Under the pieces are notes generated by a model that ran no database searches, was not told where the DNA came from, and saw only the letters and a list, made by a program, of their open reading frames with translations. Made by a program: the position numbers and the translations under genes. Shown here piece by piece: positions 51,201 to 51,853 of a stretch of DNA of 51,853 nt (the stretch's first letter is position 1; every line of letters starts with the position of its first letter). Location: positions 1 through 51,853 of the forward strand of contig JBGPIA010000024.1 in NCBI GenBank assembly GCA_041484665.1, in the 5' to 3' direction. The DNA comes from Candidatus Krumholzibacteriia bacterium. GTDB lineage: Bacteria > Krumholzibacteriota > Krumholzibacteriia > JAJRXK01.

Positions 51201-51853
51201 CCGCGGGCGATCTGCGTCCGTTCACGACCGGTCCCCCGCTGGAGCTCAACCCGACGGTCCCAACGCCAGCACTCACGCTTGGGCTTACCGCTGAGCCGGT
51301 GAGCGGCGGCGTCCAATTGCGTTGGGTGCTCGGTAGCCCCGGGGATGAATCCACGGCATTGCAGCTGCACTCCGTCGCTCTGCTCCGCCGTGCCGCGGAC
51401 GAGGCGCCGCGGGCGCTGATCACGCTGGACGGGGCCGATGCGCGCTCCTCCAGCTCCTGGACCGACGTCACCGCTCTGCCGCAGGTAGCGTACCGCTACT
51501 GGGCCGTCGCGCAGGTGAACGGCATCCCTGTGGCGTCGCTGGAGGTCGAGGCCGTCCGCGACGCCCCTGGCTCAGCCATCGCTCACCAAACGCGCTTGCT
51601 GCCCAACGTCCCCAACCCCTTCAACCCGCGCACGGAGATCCGCTTCGAGCTGGCGCGGCCGGGCACCGTCAGGCTGGAGCTGTTCGATGCCGCCGGACGC
51701 CTCGTGCGTCGCGTGGAGCTGCCGGCGCAGTCCACCGGCCGCCACACCTGGACGCGGCGGGGCGAGGATGACGCGGGCAACCCGGTGGGCAGCGGCGTCT
51801 ATCGCGTACGACTGACGGCCGACGGCGGCGGCGCTGCGGGCGCGGCCGACACG
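48293..51853 (+). CDS. Large secreted protein with about 8 Ig/PKD-like repeats and a C-terminal FlgD-Ig domain (3' end beyond the window)
   Basis: GGAGG SD plus ATG 48293; I found no in-frame stop before the window end; repeats like SILQFTASP...GESVTLAW...SYILTATN; terminal LLPNVPNPFNPRTEIRF...GRLVR...SGVY in the same frame. Confidence 0.88.
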   Translation, partial: MRSRARACARGTAVGGRPATTTCLLHVFPLPARPSARLLTALLTLCLTALTDQAHASSAQLPNGLGVVLDRASMTRVGSIDPGQIVSAYVVTDTGEQPDAIRSLRAYQFGLDIDPRLELLGIDLPPQVNFPNFPAPRDYQFGLGDCLDLNAGPVVLLRAHLRLLVAPPATDLRVDVRPLSDGREMQFAPCSNPGDLQRFQPAGGVVLNPAAPSIVHFGGSPPVVVEGRPLSLAWETWGAQTVTLDGAPVVAGSTEILHPTASHTWILEVGAGAATASRQWSAEVIRSPRIDDFNATGFGVGGQLMVALRWDVQGATEILLDDTQHVPALGGQLGPLKSPPVWRLDASNEWGTTSALAGLDAAQLPPSILQFTASPNPFHAGESVTLAWSVASALSATINNGVGDVSPVNGFVTVQPPASTSYILTATNAWGNATANVFVQLLPPGIHSFTATPSQIFPGESTLLHWQVESTLQLTLEPGIGPVAGPTGELRVTPTQPLTVYALTAANPSGSVHAYAEVDWKIPVATLSVSDTTPYAIDPILLTAVINGASAASLEPLVGSIPPSGGQFQVVVGTPTTFTLTASNAAGSVARRVGVTPRKPTASLQVSNATPYADEPIDLTAAVAGAASATLEPGFGTISPTGGTFATTVPTTTTFVLNAVNDAGATTQRVTVTPKAPQIISFQADPPLLTNGQTGSLVWSVTHADETRIEPGGFAGLPATGSVAITPSQTTTYTLTARNPAGSSTATARVDVGVPFSIQTFYAIPTVILPGQFSTLTWVVIGSASVSIDGLGAQPPAGELAVQPDVTTTYTLRAQSGDYVRTATAQVTVGMSWVVPGALVLSWSRDSYPGFPPPIQPFTPFDFWVVAMDPPGGLLGYECSVHLPQGVIVAGGRSFFPNGALDVATGDDNWIIGTGGVCLQGAFIPLIRYAACLFIGPVPASAEIALGPAVPTSFPEPGLPGRPGYLSCLAAGDLRPFTTGPPLELNPTVPTPALTLGLTAEPVSGGVQLRWVLGSPGDESTALQLHSVALLRRAADEAPRALITLDGADARSSSSWTDVTALPQVAYRYWAVAQVNGIPVASLEVEAVRDAPGSAIAHQTRLLPNVPNPFNPRTEIRFELARPGTVRLELFDAAGRLVRRVELPAQSTGRHTWTRRGEDDAGNPVGSGVYRVRLTADGGGAAGAADT

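Noticed and set aside
48299..51370. 1023-aa minus-strand ORF
   Set aside because: Antisense shadow of the plus-strand Ig-repeat gene; Arg-rich and motif-free.

Overview
A very GC-rich bacterial chromosomal segment made mostly of housekeeping genes. In order: rrf2-sufC-sufB-sufD (minus), an Sm-like small protein, a thioredoxin lipoprotein, ferredoxin, Fe/Mn SOD, def, an O-methyltransferase, DUF309, mqnE, an orphan HNH endonuclease, an M48 protease, two tandem cupredoxin-FlgD proteins, a mitochondrial/spirochaete-type EF-G with a RecA-like ATPase, a beta-CASP MBL nuclease, a methyltransferase interrupted by an in-frame TAG, a site-2 protease, gltX with tRNA-Gln and tRNA-Glu, a Yip1/adaptor/two-permease MacAB-like operon with no ATPase, ilvC, tRNA-Met-tilS-ftsH-folP-cdaA, malic enzyme, and a large Ig-repeat FlgD-tailed protein that runs off the right end and is absent from the ORF track. 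The PNPFNP/FlgD tails and mqnE suggest an FCB-related lineage such as Ca. Krumholzibacteriota, Eisenbacteria or Latescibacterota (inference). I see no CRISPR array, integrase, transposase or rRNA. The main unexplained signals are: (1) pervasive degenerate tandem arrays, in-frame inside proteins, 10/11-bp phased in intergenic DNA, and often seeded on start or stop codons, producing ATGA-coupled mini-uORF chains before rrf2 and def; (2) a perfect AT-rich 16-bp palindrome inside the HNH gene; (3) a 42-bp inverted repeat between ilvC and tRNA-Met; (4) the in-frame amber codon. All calls were made by eye from motifs, and no database search was run.
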